Source: an uncultured Candidatus Saccharibacteria bacterium
GTDB lineage: Bacteria > Patescibacteriota > WWE3 > UBA101185 > UBA10185
Reading direction: 5' to 3'
DNA: 64,000 bases
Assembly: GCA_964387275.1 (NCBI GenBank)
Contig: CAYLVW010000002.1
Span: forward strand, 127,286 to 191,285
Shown here: positions 9,194 to 18,558 of the stretch, piece after piece
Layout: each line of letters opens with the position of its first letter
Numbering within the stretch: position 1 is the first letter of the stretch
The notes under the pieces: generated by a model
What the model saw: the letters and a program-made list of their open reading frames with translations, nothing else
Databases searched by the model: none
Told to the model about the DNA's origin: nothing
Translations under genes and position numbers: made by a program

Positions 9194-10231
9194 TTAGATG
9201 ATATCTGTTACAGATAACCCTGGGTTTACTACTACTTCTGAAGTTAATAAATGGATGGGCTTAAAATATGCTGCTGAAGCTATGTAAATGGCATTATCAG
9301 TACACAATCTATACTCAGGAAAATATATTGGTACATTTATAGAGGTGTTTAAACCTTTTCTTAACTCTAAATTAGCACTAACACCCCCACCTACTAAGAC
9401 ACACTTAACTTTGTACTTATCAACAGCCTTTTTAACTTTCACAGAAACAACTTCAACAATGGAAGATTGCACCTCCGCAGAAATATCTTCAATTGGTGCC
9501 TTTGGATTATTATCATAAAGCCTCCTAACAGCTGTCTTTAGACCAGAAAATGAGAAGTCAAAATTATCCTCATTAATAAGAGGTCTTGGTAATACACCAT
9601 TTATACTACTATTATTAGATTTTCTTGCTAATTCGGATAGCAAAGAACCGCCTAAGTAATCTGATATACCTAGTAACCGTGCAGATTTATCAAAACATTC
9701 ACCCGCAGCATCATCTAATGTACCGCCTAGATATTCAAATTTATAATGATCCTTGATAAGGATTAAATCTGTATGACCACCACTTATAACAAGTCCTACA
9801 GCTGGAAAACTTGGTAAGTCATTTGCAGTTTTACCTATAAAATTTGCGTACAAATGCCCGATCAAATGATTTACAGGTATTAAGGGTTTGTTCCAAGATA
9901 GTGCCAAAGCCTTTGCACTCTCAACCCCAACAATTAAAGAACCGGAAAGCCCAGGACCAACTGTTACAGCAATAGCATCAATTCTTTCAATAACTTCAGA
10001 AATGGATCCAACACGATAATAAACCTGAGCTTTCTCTAAACACTGAGCAATAACAGGCAGTATGTATTCTAGTTGCTTTCTAGCCGCAACTTCTGGCACA
10101 ACACCCCCAGTTTTCTTATGCAATTCTTGAGAAGTAGCCAAAGCTGAAGCAACCTCAATAATACCTCCCTCAACAATTGCTACACCAGTTTCATCACAAG
10201 ATGACTCAATTGCTAATATAGTCTTGTACAT
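9194..10231 (-). CDS. tsaD: tRNA t6A threonylcarbamoyltransferase
   Basis: IESSCDET, GGVVPEVAAR, VNHLIGH, SGGHT, DDAAGECFDK, FSFSGLKT, CTDNA. Confidence 0.97.
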   Translation of the reverse strand: MYKTILAIESSCDETGVAIVEGGIIEVASALATSQELHKKTGGVVPEVAARKQLEYILPVIAQCLEKAQVYYRVGSISEVIERIDAIAVTVGPGLSGSLIVGVESAKALALSWNKPLIPVNHLIGHLYANFIGKTANDLPSFPAVGLVISGGHTDLILIKDHYKFEYLGGTLDDAAGECFDKSARLLGISDYLGGSLLSELARKSNNSSINGVLPRPLINEDNFDFSFSGLKTAVRRLYDNNPKAPIEDISAEVQSSIVEVVSVKVKKAVDKYKVKCVLVGGGVSANLELRKGLNTSINVPIYFPEYRLCTDNAIYIASAAYFKPIHLLTSEVVVNPGLSVTDII

Positions 10232-10272
10232 ATTCGGAATATTATACTAAAAATCTAGTTATACAAATAACC

Positions 10273-11589
10273 CTACAAAGCTGTCTTAAGAGATTCTTTT
10301 AGTTTGGAGACAACAGTTTGGGAGGGAGTTCCACCTAAAACGTCATTTATAGCATCTCTTATAGGAATAACTTGCTTATCATTACCAGATCTACCAGATG
10401 TTTCCCCACCTTCAGCATATTTCGCATATTCTAAAACTGCTTTCAAATAAGGACTGTTATCTAGTTGGCCGGACATACTAACCAAGCTGTAAGGAGTACC
10501 ATACTGTCGGTATTTTGCACTTTCATTAAACATCATAAGTTGCTGATCTTGGGAGGATAAGAAATTAATAAAATGCCAAGCAACATCTGCATTTGGACTA
10601 GCCTTAGGAACAACATAAACCCAATAGGATCCCCAGGTTACTGGATTATCTGTACGTATCTGAGGAACAGAAGAAACACCGATTTCAAAGGAAAGCTCAT
10701 TAACACTCTTTAAAACATCTAATAATTTCCAGGAAGGTACAAATATCATGGAGACTTTACCCTGAACAAAAGCAGTAGTAGCTTCGGGAAACTCTGTAGA
10801 CCACACCTTATCTTTAGTTACAAAATTTGTATAAAAAACCAATGTATCTGAGGCAGCAGAAGAGTCTAAGTCCTCGGGAATGTTTAACCCAGCTTGTTTA
10901 AATAACATGCTCATGATGTCAGCGTACATCTCATTGTTGTTGGAGGTACCCATAGCAGCACCAGCCCTCACTATAGACTCATTTTCCCCTCTAACTGTAA
11001 GTTCTTGAGATAACCTTCTAAACTGCTCCCATGACGTTGGGGCTTCAGATTGACCTATCTCTTTAAAATGATTTTTATTGTACACAAGAACCAGACCATC
11101 ATAATATGTGGGCAAACCATAAATCCTACCATCTGACACCTGGTATTTTGAAACCATGGGATAATATTCAGAATTTAGAGTTTCTAAACTCATAAGACTT
11201 TCAGGCATAGGTGCTAAGTTGTCTTTTAATTTTGGCGTCCAGCTTTGATGTACTCTCATAACATCTGCTGTTTGAGACTCTCCTATTCTGGTAAATACAG
11301 TTTGCTTATAATCATTCATATTTAATACAGATCTATCATCGTAAGTTATTTTTATGTTGGGATAAGTTTCGTTGTATTTTGAAACCATCGCCTTCATGGC
11401 TTCGGGATTTTCCCAAAGACCCCATACGTTCAAAGTTACCTGTTTAGTTAGATCCACATCGGATTTTGGGGCTGGAAATAGTATTGTCCCTATCAAAGGA
11501 AGTTTGCCTAGTACCTCCTGAGGAGTACATGCAGTAAGTATCAAAGCAAGTATTGGAAGTAGGGCAAGTGTTAGTAACTTATACTTCAT
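10273..11589 (-). CDS. Extracellular solute-binding lipoprotein (sugar ABC type)
   Basis: Lipobox LTAC, IYGLP, LVYNK, PTSWE, AWHFINFL. Confidence 0.85.
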   Translation of the reverse strand: MKYKLLTLALLPILALILTACTPQEVLGKLPLIGTILFPAPKSDVDLTKQVTLNVWGLWENPEAMKAMVSKYNETYPNIKITYDDRSVLNMNDYKQTVFTRIGESQTADVMRVHQSWTPKLKDNLAPMPESLMSLETLNSEYYPMVSKYQVSDGRIYGLPTYYDGLVLVYNKNHFKEIGQSEAPTSWEQFRRLSQELTVRGENESIVRAGAAMGTSNNNEMYADIMSMLFKQAGLNIPEDLDSSAASDTLVFYTNFVTKDKVWSTEFPEATTAFVQGKVSMIFVPSWKLLDVLKSVNELSFEIGVSSVPQIRTDNPVTWGSYWVYVVPKASPNADVAWHFINFLSSQDQQLMMFNESAKYRQYGTPYSLVSMSGQLDNSPYLKAVLEYAKYAEGGETSGRSGNDKQVIPIRDAINDVLGGTPSQTVVSKLKESLKTAL

Positions 11590-12838
11590 TAGTGAAATTA
11601 TAGGGTAATAAAATCACAACAGTCAATAAAAATAGGAGTAAGGCTTGATGAGAAGTAAGAAAAAAATGATCGAAAGCCATTAGCATCAACAACACAACAG
11701 AAACACTGGTACTTAAATTTCTAAACATAAAATGTATAAAGAAAAAAATAAGTATAGTCGCTACTATAAATCCAGTATCAGCAAAGACTAATGCTAATAT
11801 TGAATGAACAGGCTGGATAAACCTTGAATCACCTATAGCATCACTATAGTTGTTTATATACCTAATATGTTGAAATAACCCTGCACCAAAAATTGGATGC
11901 TCTGTAGCCACATTAAAAGATTCCCCAAGCATGTAAGATCTTCTTCGTATACTGATATCAAAAATCCTTGAACCAAAACTCATCTCACCAATTAAAGGTA
12001 ATAGCTGTAATAATAAAGTTAACAACAAGGAGAAAACTACCATTGGTGCTTTTAGCTCTCTTTTAAATTTAAGGATGTAAAACACACAAAACCCAAAAAC
12101 TAAAACAAACCATGAATAGTAACTTAGCGTAAAAATAAGGCAAATAATGTTCGTAATAATTACCAAGTAAAACTTTCTACTAACTAGAGATTTACTAATA
12201 AAATTAATAAGTAATGTAGTAACAACAACTAAAAAAGCAGCAAAAATATTTGGGTGCCTGAATAGACCATAAGCCGGAACTCTAGTAAAACCAAAGAAAG
12301 AATCTCTAACTACACCTACTGTAGAAAATGTGTAAGGTTGTTCACCTAAAACTAAGTAATTGTTAAAAATGGATCCTTGATTTAACCATTGTAAAATACC
12401 AATTGAACCCACTATTAAGGAAGATACGGATAAAAATTTAACTACGTCTGTAATTTCAGAAATTTTTTCTATATTTGTATACACATATAGTGATAGACAT
12501 GTATATAAAAATAACCTACCTATATTAATATATGTTGATAAGTAATTTCCGTTTATGTAACTAGAAATAAGTAGAAATGTGAAAACAACTGTTAGAGAAA
12601 ATATTAAGTAAAAAGGTGTTTTCCTCGAGTATGATAATCCTTTTACCAACCATAGGATCAATAAAGTAATAATAAGTAAATCTTGAATATATATAGTAGG
12701 GATGTAGTAATCAACAAGTAACCCGTTTACATAGTTATCAGAAAACTCAAAATGTTTCCCAAGATTTAATGGAATTAAAAATACTATTAAATATAGAAGC
12801 TTCTTTAAATTAATCTTTTGTATAATACGTTGAATCAC
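11579..12838 (-). CDS. O-antigen ligase (Wzy_C)-family membrane protein
   Basis: R.PAYGLFRHPN, HPIFGAG and QPVHS motifs; about 11 TM segments. Confidence 0.8.
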   Translation of the reverse strand: MIQRIIQKINLKKLLYLIVFLIPLNLGKHFEFSDNYVNGLLVDYYIPTIYIQDLLIITLLILWLVKGLSYSRKTPFYLIFSLTVVFTFLLISSYINGNYLSTYINIGRLFLYTCLSLYVYTNIEKISEITDVVKFLSVSSLIVGSIGILQWLNQGSIFNNYLVLGEQPYTFSTVGVVRDSFFGFTRVPAYGLFRHPNIFAAFLVVVTTLLINFISKSLVSRKFYLVIITNIICLIFTLSYYSWFVLVFGFCVFYILKFKRELKAPMVVFSLLLTLLLQLLPLIGEMSFGSRIFDISIRRRSYMLGESFNVATEHPIFGAGLFQHIRYINNYSDAIGDSRFIQPVHSILALVFADTGFIVATILIFFFIHFMFRNLSTSVSVVLLMLMAFDHFFLTSHQALLLFLLTVVILLPYNFTNEV

Positions 12839-13599
12839 TTTAGTGCTTTTAGGGCAGTATGGGCGGTATTTATTAAGTCATCATCTATATTAATAAGGTG
12901 GTCTATTTTTAAAGATTTGGCAATTAGATAGTCGGCTATGTGAGGATTTTTAGAAAGCAAAGGACCGTGTAAGTAGGTACCAATTATATTTTTATATAAA
13001 ATACCTTCTGTATTATCCTCACCATTATTTCCACTCCCAGACAGCACTTTCCCAAATGGAGATACAGTAGAGCCTAAGTATGTCCTACCACCATGATTCT
13101 CAAAACCAACTAAATCTGAACCTATTTTATTGTTTGCATTAAAAATGGGGTCGTGTCTAAGTTCTGGATTTATTTCACATACTATGTTTCCTATACAACG
13201 AGGTTTTTCTAAACCAAAATTCTCAGTATAAAAATCTACAAAACCAAGCCCATCTAAAATAGACCCATCAGCAGCTTTATAGTACTGACCTAAAAGTTGA
13301 TAGGAACCACATATAAACAAACCCACACCACCTGATTCAATGTAATCTTCTAAATAAGATCTTTTATTTTGAAGGAGATCTTCATACATACTCTTCTGAC
13401 TAGAATCGGGGCCCCCACCCATAAACACAAAATTTAAATCACCTGTTTCATTCGGGGTTACTAAATCCCTAACTCCAATCTCAATAACCTCAACATTGAT
13501 ACCTCGAGCTAGGCACCTTTGAACCAAAACCTCAACATTACCATTATCCCCATACAGGTTTAAATCTTCAGAGTAAAAGTAACCTATCTTAAATTTCAT
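12835..13599 (-). CDS. gatD: Lipid II isoglutaminyl synthase, glutaminase subunit (CobQ-like)
   Basis: NLYGDNGN, GGGPD, ICGSYQLLG, GFENHGG, TYLHGPLL.KNP; adjacent to murT. Confidence 0.92.
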   Translation of the reverse strand: MKFKIGYFYSEDLNLYGDNGNVEVLVQRCLARGINVEVIEIGVRDLVTPNETGDLNFVFMGGGPDSSQKSMYEDLLQNKRSYLEDYIESGGVGLFICGSYQLLGQYYKAADGSILDGLGFVDFYTENFGLEKPRCIGNIVCEINPELRHDPIFNANNKIGSDLVGFENHGGRTYLGSTVSPFGKVLSGSGNNGEDNTEGILYKNIIGTYLHGPLLSKNPHIADYLIAKSLKIDHLINIDDDLINTAHTALKALK

Positions 13600-14753
13600 A
13601 GAATACTCCTTCCCACTAATATCTTACGTATCTCAAGCATAGATGAGTAATTCGGAAATATTACTACCGATTTATAACCTGATTTAATTATCTTATTAAG
13701 AATTTTCTCATGATTAATATTGATATTTAGCTTGTCTATAAAAGCTCCTGCATATTGAAGTCTAATTGCCATATCCAAGTATCTTGTACCAGAAATATAA
13801 ATAGATCTTTTACCAATAAACTTAAGTAGCATCTTTGGATCGATGTCATATATCCAAGAGACATCCCTTCCATCTGGTAATTTGTCATTCAAAATAAAGT
13901 ATATAGCATCGAAATTAGGAGCCGAGGTGATTAGATGGGATAAGTTGTTATTATAACTTGATGGATTCTTCGCCAGATAGATCTGAAACCCAACTTGCTT
14001 ATATGTAACCTCTTCGCCTCTCCCATAAGCATGCTCCATAGAATTTAGACTCACCCTGACTTCCCCCAAACTAATATTAAAATTAGAAAGAACAGAATAT
14101 GCAGCAGCAGCGTTAATACTATTATGAAGAGAATGAATTTTAGATTCAGATGTCATATTCGAGTTGGATTCAAAATAAAGTATAGGATACTTTTTACTGA
14201 TAGAAGTTCTCAAACTCATAAATTCTCTTTGATCTTTATAGCAATGTATAGTTGTATAGTAAGACGTTGGTTTAGTTGTATTAAACATATCAACCCATTT
14301 TCTTAGAATGGTGTCTGTTTCCCCATATCTATCTAACTGATCTCTGGACAGGTTAAGAAGTACGATATGATTTGCCCCAAGTTTGGAGTAGGTAATAGGT
14401 AAATTAAACTCATCCACCTCTAAAACGGCGATATCTCCTTTAAGATTTCCAAAAAAGTCTGTGTTATTTAATAAAGTAGTAACTATACCTCTTTCTAAAT
14501 TGGAACCAGAGGAATTAGAAATAACTTTATAACCCTTATCCCTCAGTATGCTTGTAATAATTTTTGTTGTAGTAGTTTTACCATTAGTTCCGGTAATCAA
14601 AATTATAGACTTAAATTTTCCCGAAAACTTAGTTAGTATTGAAGGAAAGAGTTTTAAGGTAATGTACCCAGGTAAAGTACCCCCAGACCCTATATTCAAA
14701 ACATATAGAACCTTAGATATTATTTTTGCGATTATTGAAGTTATCCATATCAT
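13596..14753 (-). CDS. murT: Lipid II isoglutaminyl synthase, Mur-ligase subunit (DUF1727)
   Basis: GGTLPG, ITGTNGKTTT, EVDE, RDQLDRYGE, LAKNP, DGRDVSWIYD. Start reassigned to ATG 14753. Confidence 0.92.
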   Translation of the reverse strand: MIWITSIIAKIISKVLYVLNIGSGGTLPGYITLKLFPSILTKFSGKFKSIILITGTNGKTTTTKIITSILRDKGYKVISNSSGSNLERGIVTTLLNNTDFFGNLKGDIAVLEVDEFNLPITYSKLGANHIVLLNLSRDQLDRYGETDTILRKWVDMFNTTKPTSYYTTIHCYKDQREFMSLRTSISKKYPILYFESNSNMTSESKIHSLHNSINAAAAYSVLSNFNISLGEVRVSLNSMEHAYGRGEEVTYKQVGFQIYLAKNPSSYNNNLSHLITSAPNFDAIYFILNDKLPDGRDVSWIYDIDPKMLLKFIGKRSIYISGTRYLDMAIRLQYAGAFIDKLNININHEKILNKIIKSGYKSVVIFPNYSSMLEIRKILVGRSIL

Positions 14754-14755
14754 GA

Positions 14756-15013
14756 TTGTCCACATTATAATCAATAAAACTGTATATATAAATTCAGTAG
14801 TAGTAATTATAGAGATTCTGGATATGTTGGTAAGTAATGTTATTGTTGTAACTGCTTGTAAAAACACTAACACCTTATGTTAATAACCGATCTTTTCTCT
14901 TTATAACCTCTGAAAACGCACTTATTTTTTTCTATTTGTTGTTTTATCAGCCTGCTTAGTTGTGGATTCACACTCTTTCTTGGTGGATAACTTTGTTGGT
15001 AATTTGTTAGTAA
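14756..15013. promoter_or_regulatory. Probable chromosomal origin (oriC) unwinding region
   Basis: Cluster of DnaA-box-like 9-mers at 14756, 14817, 14825, 14878, 14961, 14982, 14994 and 15005. DnaA-trio-like TAT-AAT-TAC-TAC-TAC (14797-14811) and an AT-rich tract sit directly 3' of dnaA. Confidence 0.7.
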
Positions 15014-15016
15014 CTT

Positions 15017-16432
15017 TTAGTCCTCATAAATTAGTTTTTTTAGATTTTGTATATCTTTTGCAGTATTTATATCCTTTACGGACTGTGTTTCCACTTTTGC
15101 TATTCCATGCATTATAGTTGTGTGGTCTCTTCCCCCTAGAAATTCTCCTATACTCATCAATGGTGTTTGAGTTAAATCTTTTATAAGATACATTAGCATT
15201 TGTCTTGGGATTACCAATTCCTTATTTCTTTTAGGTCCCTTTAAGTCTGATGATTTAACTGAGTAATATATACAAACTTGTTTTAATATCTGATTAAGGT
15301 TTATGGGTTTGAACTTAGTTTCTTTAATTATTGACTGGCCTAAAGCTTGAGCTGCTACCTCTAGGGTTATATCAAGACCTAGTGTTTTAGAGAATGTAAG
15401 TACTTGCAAGTAGGCTCCTTCTAACTCTCGGATGTTTGAGCTAACTTTTTCAGCTATAAAATCCAACACACTATTAGGAATTTGTTCCCCAGAATTGTCT
15501 CTTTTTACACGTAGTATTGCAGTTCTTGTTTCTACATCTGGAAATTGTATATCTGCAATCACACCACTACCAAATCTTGAAGTTATACGTTCTGCTATAT
15601 TTTTTAAATCTCTCGGAGGTCTATCTGATGTAACTATTACTTGTTTCTGACTCTCTCTTAGGGCGTTAAATGTATGAAAGAATTCTTCTTGTGTAGCTTC
15701 TTTACCCGCAATGAATTGTATATCATCCACAATCAGTACATCTATTTTTCTATATTTTTCTCTAAATTCATAGGGAGTTTTCTTCCCCTTCCCTAATTTA
15801 GCATTTTGAATCTGTTCTATTAATTCATTTGTAAAAGTTTCTCCTGTACAGTACACAACTTTTATTTGAGGATTATCATCTATAATCTTATTTCCTATTG
15901 CTTGTGCAAGATGTGTTTTACCAAGACCTACATTTGAGTAAAAAAACACTGGGTTATATTGAGTACCAGGATTATTTGCTACTGCTACAGCTATAGCATA
16001 CGCAAGTTGATTGTTTTTACCCATTACATAACTGTCAAAAGTGTATCTTGGCGCTAGACCCGCTTTTACTTTTACATCATTTGTATTTACATATTTGGGT
16101 TGTTGCAGTTGTCCGAATAGGGAAGTTGGTTCTTCAAAGATATCCTTTCTTTCATCTAACCCCTCTTTTTTTATTTGATAGATGATGCTTATTGGTTTTT
16201 TTAGAATTTTCTCAGCGGTTTGTTTTATAAATGCATTTAATTTAGTTTCTAGTCTAGACCTAATAAACTCAGATGTGCATGTTACCACTAGAGTGTTAGT
16301 ATCTGCATATTCAGCCTTTGTATTAGCGACCCAAGTTTGGTAGTTACTTGGGGATAATATTATTTCAAGCTCTGATTTAATTGCTTTCCAGAGGTCTTTA
16401 GCCTCCAGTTGGTCATTGGTATTTTCCGGCAT
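15017..16432 (-). CDS. dnaA: Chromosomal replication initiator
   Basis: YNPVFFYSNVGLGKTHL, DDIQF, QEEFFHTFN, GGRDHTT. Start reassigned to ATG 16432. Confidence 0.98.
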   Translation of the reverse strand: MPENTNDQLEAKDLWKAIKSELEIILSPSNYQTWVANTKAEYADTNTLVVTCTSEFIRSRLETKLNAFIKQTAEKILKKPISIIYQIKKEGLDERKDIFEEPTSLFGQLQQPKYVNTNDVKVKAGLAPRYTFDSYVMGKNNQLAYAIAVAVANNPGTQYNPVFFYSNVGLGKTHLAQAIGNKIIDDNPQIKVVYCTGETFTNELIEQIQNAKLGKGKKTPYEFREKYRKIDVLIVDDIQFIAGKEATQEEFFHTFNALRESQKQVIVTSDRPPRDLKNIAERITSRFGSGVIADIQFPDVETRTAILRVKRDNSGEQIPNSVLDFIAEKVSSNIRELEGAYLQVLTFSKTLGLDITLEVAAQALGQSIIKETKFKPINLNQILKQVCIYYSVKSSDLKGPKRNKELVIPRQMLMYLIKDLTQTPLMSIGEFLGGRDHTTIMHGIAKVETQSVKDINTAKDIQNLKKLIYED

Positions 16433-16470
16433 TTTGATATTACTTGGGGCAGTGAATACAAGTACAATAA

Positions 16471-16543
16471 CTTTACACAAGTTATCCACAATTAATCAAG
16501 CAATACAAATTGCACAGTTATTAAAGCAGAAAAGTTATCCACA
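16471..16543. promoter_or_regulatory. DnaA boxes upstream of dnaA
   Basis: Perfect TTATCCACA at 16482-16490 and 16535-16543; CTTTACACA at 16471. Confidence 0.85.
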
Positions 16544-16619
16544 AATGCTATTATTTATTGTTGCAGCAACGTTTAAATAGAGTCTGTTATCTGGATCAAA
16601 ATTGTTATATATTATTTTT

Positions 16620-17099
16620 ATGTTATTAACTCCTCATGTTTTTGTTGGAGTTGCTATTGCAACTACAGTACCGAACATAACTATTTCTGTACCACTTTCT
16701 TTTATGATGCACTTTATTGGTGATTTGGTGCCTCATTGGGATTTTTATTCAAATACAACTAAAGAGCAAAGAATTACAGGTTGGAGACCTGTAGCAGTTA
16801 TGGCTGATTTAATAATTGGTGTTGGCGTTGGGCTGACCTCTACATACTACTCTTTATGGTATCTAAATGACCCCACATTGGCTCTAAGTGTTTTTTTATG
16901 TGGAATTGCTTCTGTACTTCCAGATGCCCTTGAAACACCACACATTTTTTTAAAGAATGAGCCCAGAGTTTTGAAGATACTAAGTTCTTTACAAAGCACA
17001 TTACAATTTCAAGCGCCTTTGCCTTGGGGGATTTATTCACAGCTAGCTGTTATTGTATTCGCAAGTTATATTATAACTACTTTTTTGAGAAGCTATTGA
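16620..17099 (+). CDS. Membrane protein, putative metal-dependent hydrolase-like
   Basis: H.x.G...HFIGDLVPHWD...LPD...H motif set with TM segments. Likely ATG at 16620. Confidence 0.6.
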   Translation: MLLTPHVFVGVAIATTVPNITISVPLSFMMHFIGDLVPHWDFYSNTTKEQRITGWRPVAVMADLIIGVGVGLTSTYYSLWYLNDPTLALSVFLCGIASVLPDALETPHIFLKNEPRVLKILSSLQSTLQFQAPLPWGIYSQLAVIVFASYIITTFLRSY

Positions 17100-18558
17100 C
17101 GTTAAGTATTAGTAGTATTGAAGCAATAAGACCTGCAATCATTAATGTTGCTTGTACAATTATCTTTTCACTAACAACAAGACCTATTAATCCGAAGAAT
17201 AAGGTGGTTGTCCAGTAAAAAACTGCTATTTTTTGGATACCCCATCCCCTTTGCATTAATAAGTGGTGTAAGTGCCCTCTATCTCCTTTTAGTGGATTTT
17301 TTTTCTGAACAAGCCTTCTGACAATTGCAATAACTGCATCTAAGAAAGGTATGATTATAACTAAGACTGTGACATATATTTTTGATCCAATTAACAAAGA
17401 CAATACAGCTATGACAAGCCCAATAGACATCGCTCCAAATCCCCACATCACTTTAGATGGATGCCAGTTAAATGGTTGTAATCCTAAACTGGTGCCTGCA
17501 GCTATCAGTGCTATTTTTGCAACATTGATTTGTTCTATTTCGAGTGGTAAAAATCTTAATGCTAAAACCCCTATCACAATACTTGTAATGCTTACAATCC
17601 CTGAATACTGCCCGTCTATACCGTTTGACCAGGACAGTAGATTCAACACCCACACTATCCATACAGTGGTGATTACTACAGAAAGTGGGTATATTACAAA
17701 ATCCAGTATATTAACACTAAAATAATCAAACCTTATTACACCACCAAGTGGGTTTGTAATAAAGTCTATTCTTATTCCACTAAGAGCTATCATTAATGCT
17801 ACAAAGGTTAATACGGTTAGTCTTAGGGCAGGTTTTTCGACAAAAGCCAGTTTTGATCTTGGGTGAGCATTTTGATAGTCATCAACTAAACCAAAAACTG
17901 CTAATAATCCACTAGCTAAATACAGCACAAAAATCTCTTTTGTTATATTTACAAAAACTAGAGATATTAATAAAAAGCATATATAAAAAATAATTCCACC
18001 ACCTCTTGCTGAAGGTCTTGTTAAAGCCATTCCTGGGTGTATATGATCTGAGGGGTCTGTCACTATCTTTTTATTAACAAAATATTTTATAAAGTACGGA
18101 GCAACCAAATATACAGTAAAAAATCCTATGGCCGCCAAAAAAAGCAAGCCCAACACAAAAGGGTCTATCAAGTATTCAAATGGTTTAGAAGATATAGATA
18201 CTATTCTAAATAATGATATAAAAGCCATTAAATTAAAGAACAGTGACATAAAAGTTAAGCTCTCTAAGCTAAATCTCAAATAATGCTTTTTAAGCATTTG
18301 TGATAGAACTACGTATGTAATTATGTTTATTGAAGTTAGCATCGGGATTAAAAAAAGAAGAGGTTTTTCTACCATTTGAAAAGTTCCCCATGGTTTGACG
18401 TACCATAGCGGGATCAGATTACTTACGTATTGGTACCTTAATAGGAGGTATACAATTTGACTTACTAGCGAGAAAATATTTAGTGTCAGGAAAAAATTTT
18501 GTCCTTGAAAAGCTTTTACAACATATTTGATTTGTTTACTATCATAAATAGAATTCAT
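17077..18558 (-). CDS. MraY/WecA(TagO)-family undecaprenyl-phosphate sugar-1-P transferase with an N-terminal extra 3-TM module
   Basis: RGGG, GLVDD, GIDG, FNWHPSKV, GDRGHLHH. Confidence 0.88.
   Translation of the reverse strand: MNSIYDSKQIKYVVKAFQGQNFFLTLNIFSLVSQIVYLLLRYQYVSNLIPLWYVKPWGTFQMVEKPLLFLIPMLTSINIITYVVLSQMLKKHYLRFSLESLTFMSLFFNLMAFISLFRIVSISSKPFEYLIDPFVLGLLFLAAIGFFTVYLVAPYFIKYFVNKKIVTDPSDHIHPGMALTRPSARGGGIIFYICFLLISLVFVNITKEIFVLYLASGLLAVFGLVDDYQNAHPRSKLAFVEKPALRLTVLTFVALMIALSGIRIDFITNPLGGVIRFDYFSVNILDFVIYPLSVVITTVWIVWVLNLLSWSNGIDGQYSGIVSITSIVIGVLALRFLPLEIEQINVAKIALIAAGTSLGLQPFNWHPSKVMWGFGAMSIGLVIAVLSLLIGSKIYVTVLVIIIPFLDAVIAIVRRLVQKKNPLKGDRGHLHHLLMQRGWGIQKIAVFYWTTTLFFGLIGLVVSEKIIVQATLMIAGLIASILLILNVNSFSKK

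Noticed and set aside
14754-14873. N-terminal extension of MurT in the ORF track
   Set aside because: It overlaps the origin-like box/trio region; MurT-like sequence starts at ATG 14753.
16433-16489. N-terminal extension of DnaA
   Set aside because: The GTG is part of a DnaA box; ATG 16432 is the more plausible start.
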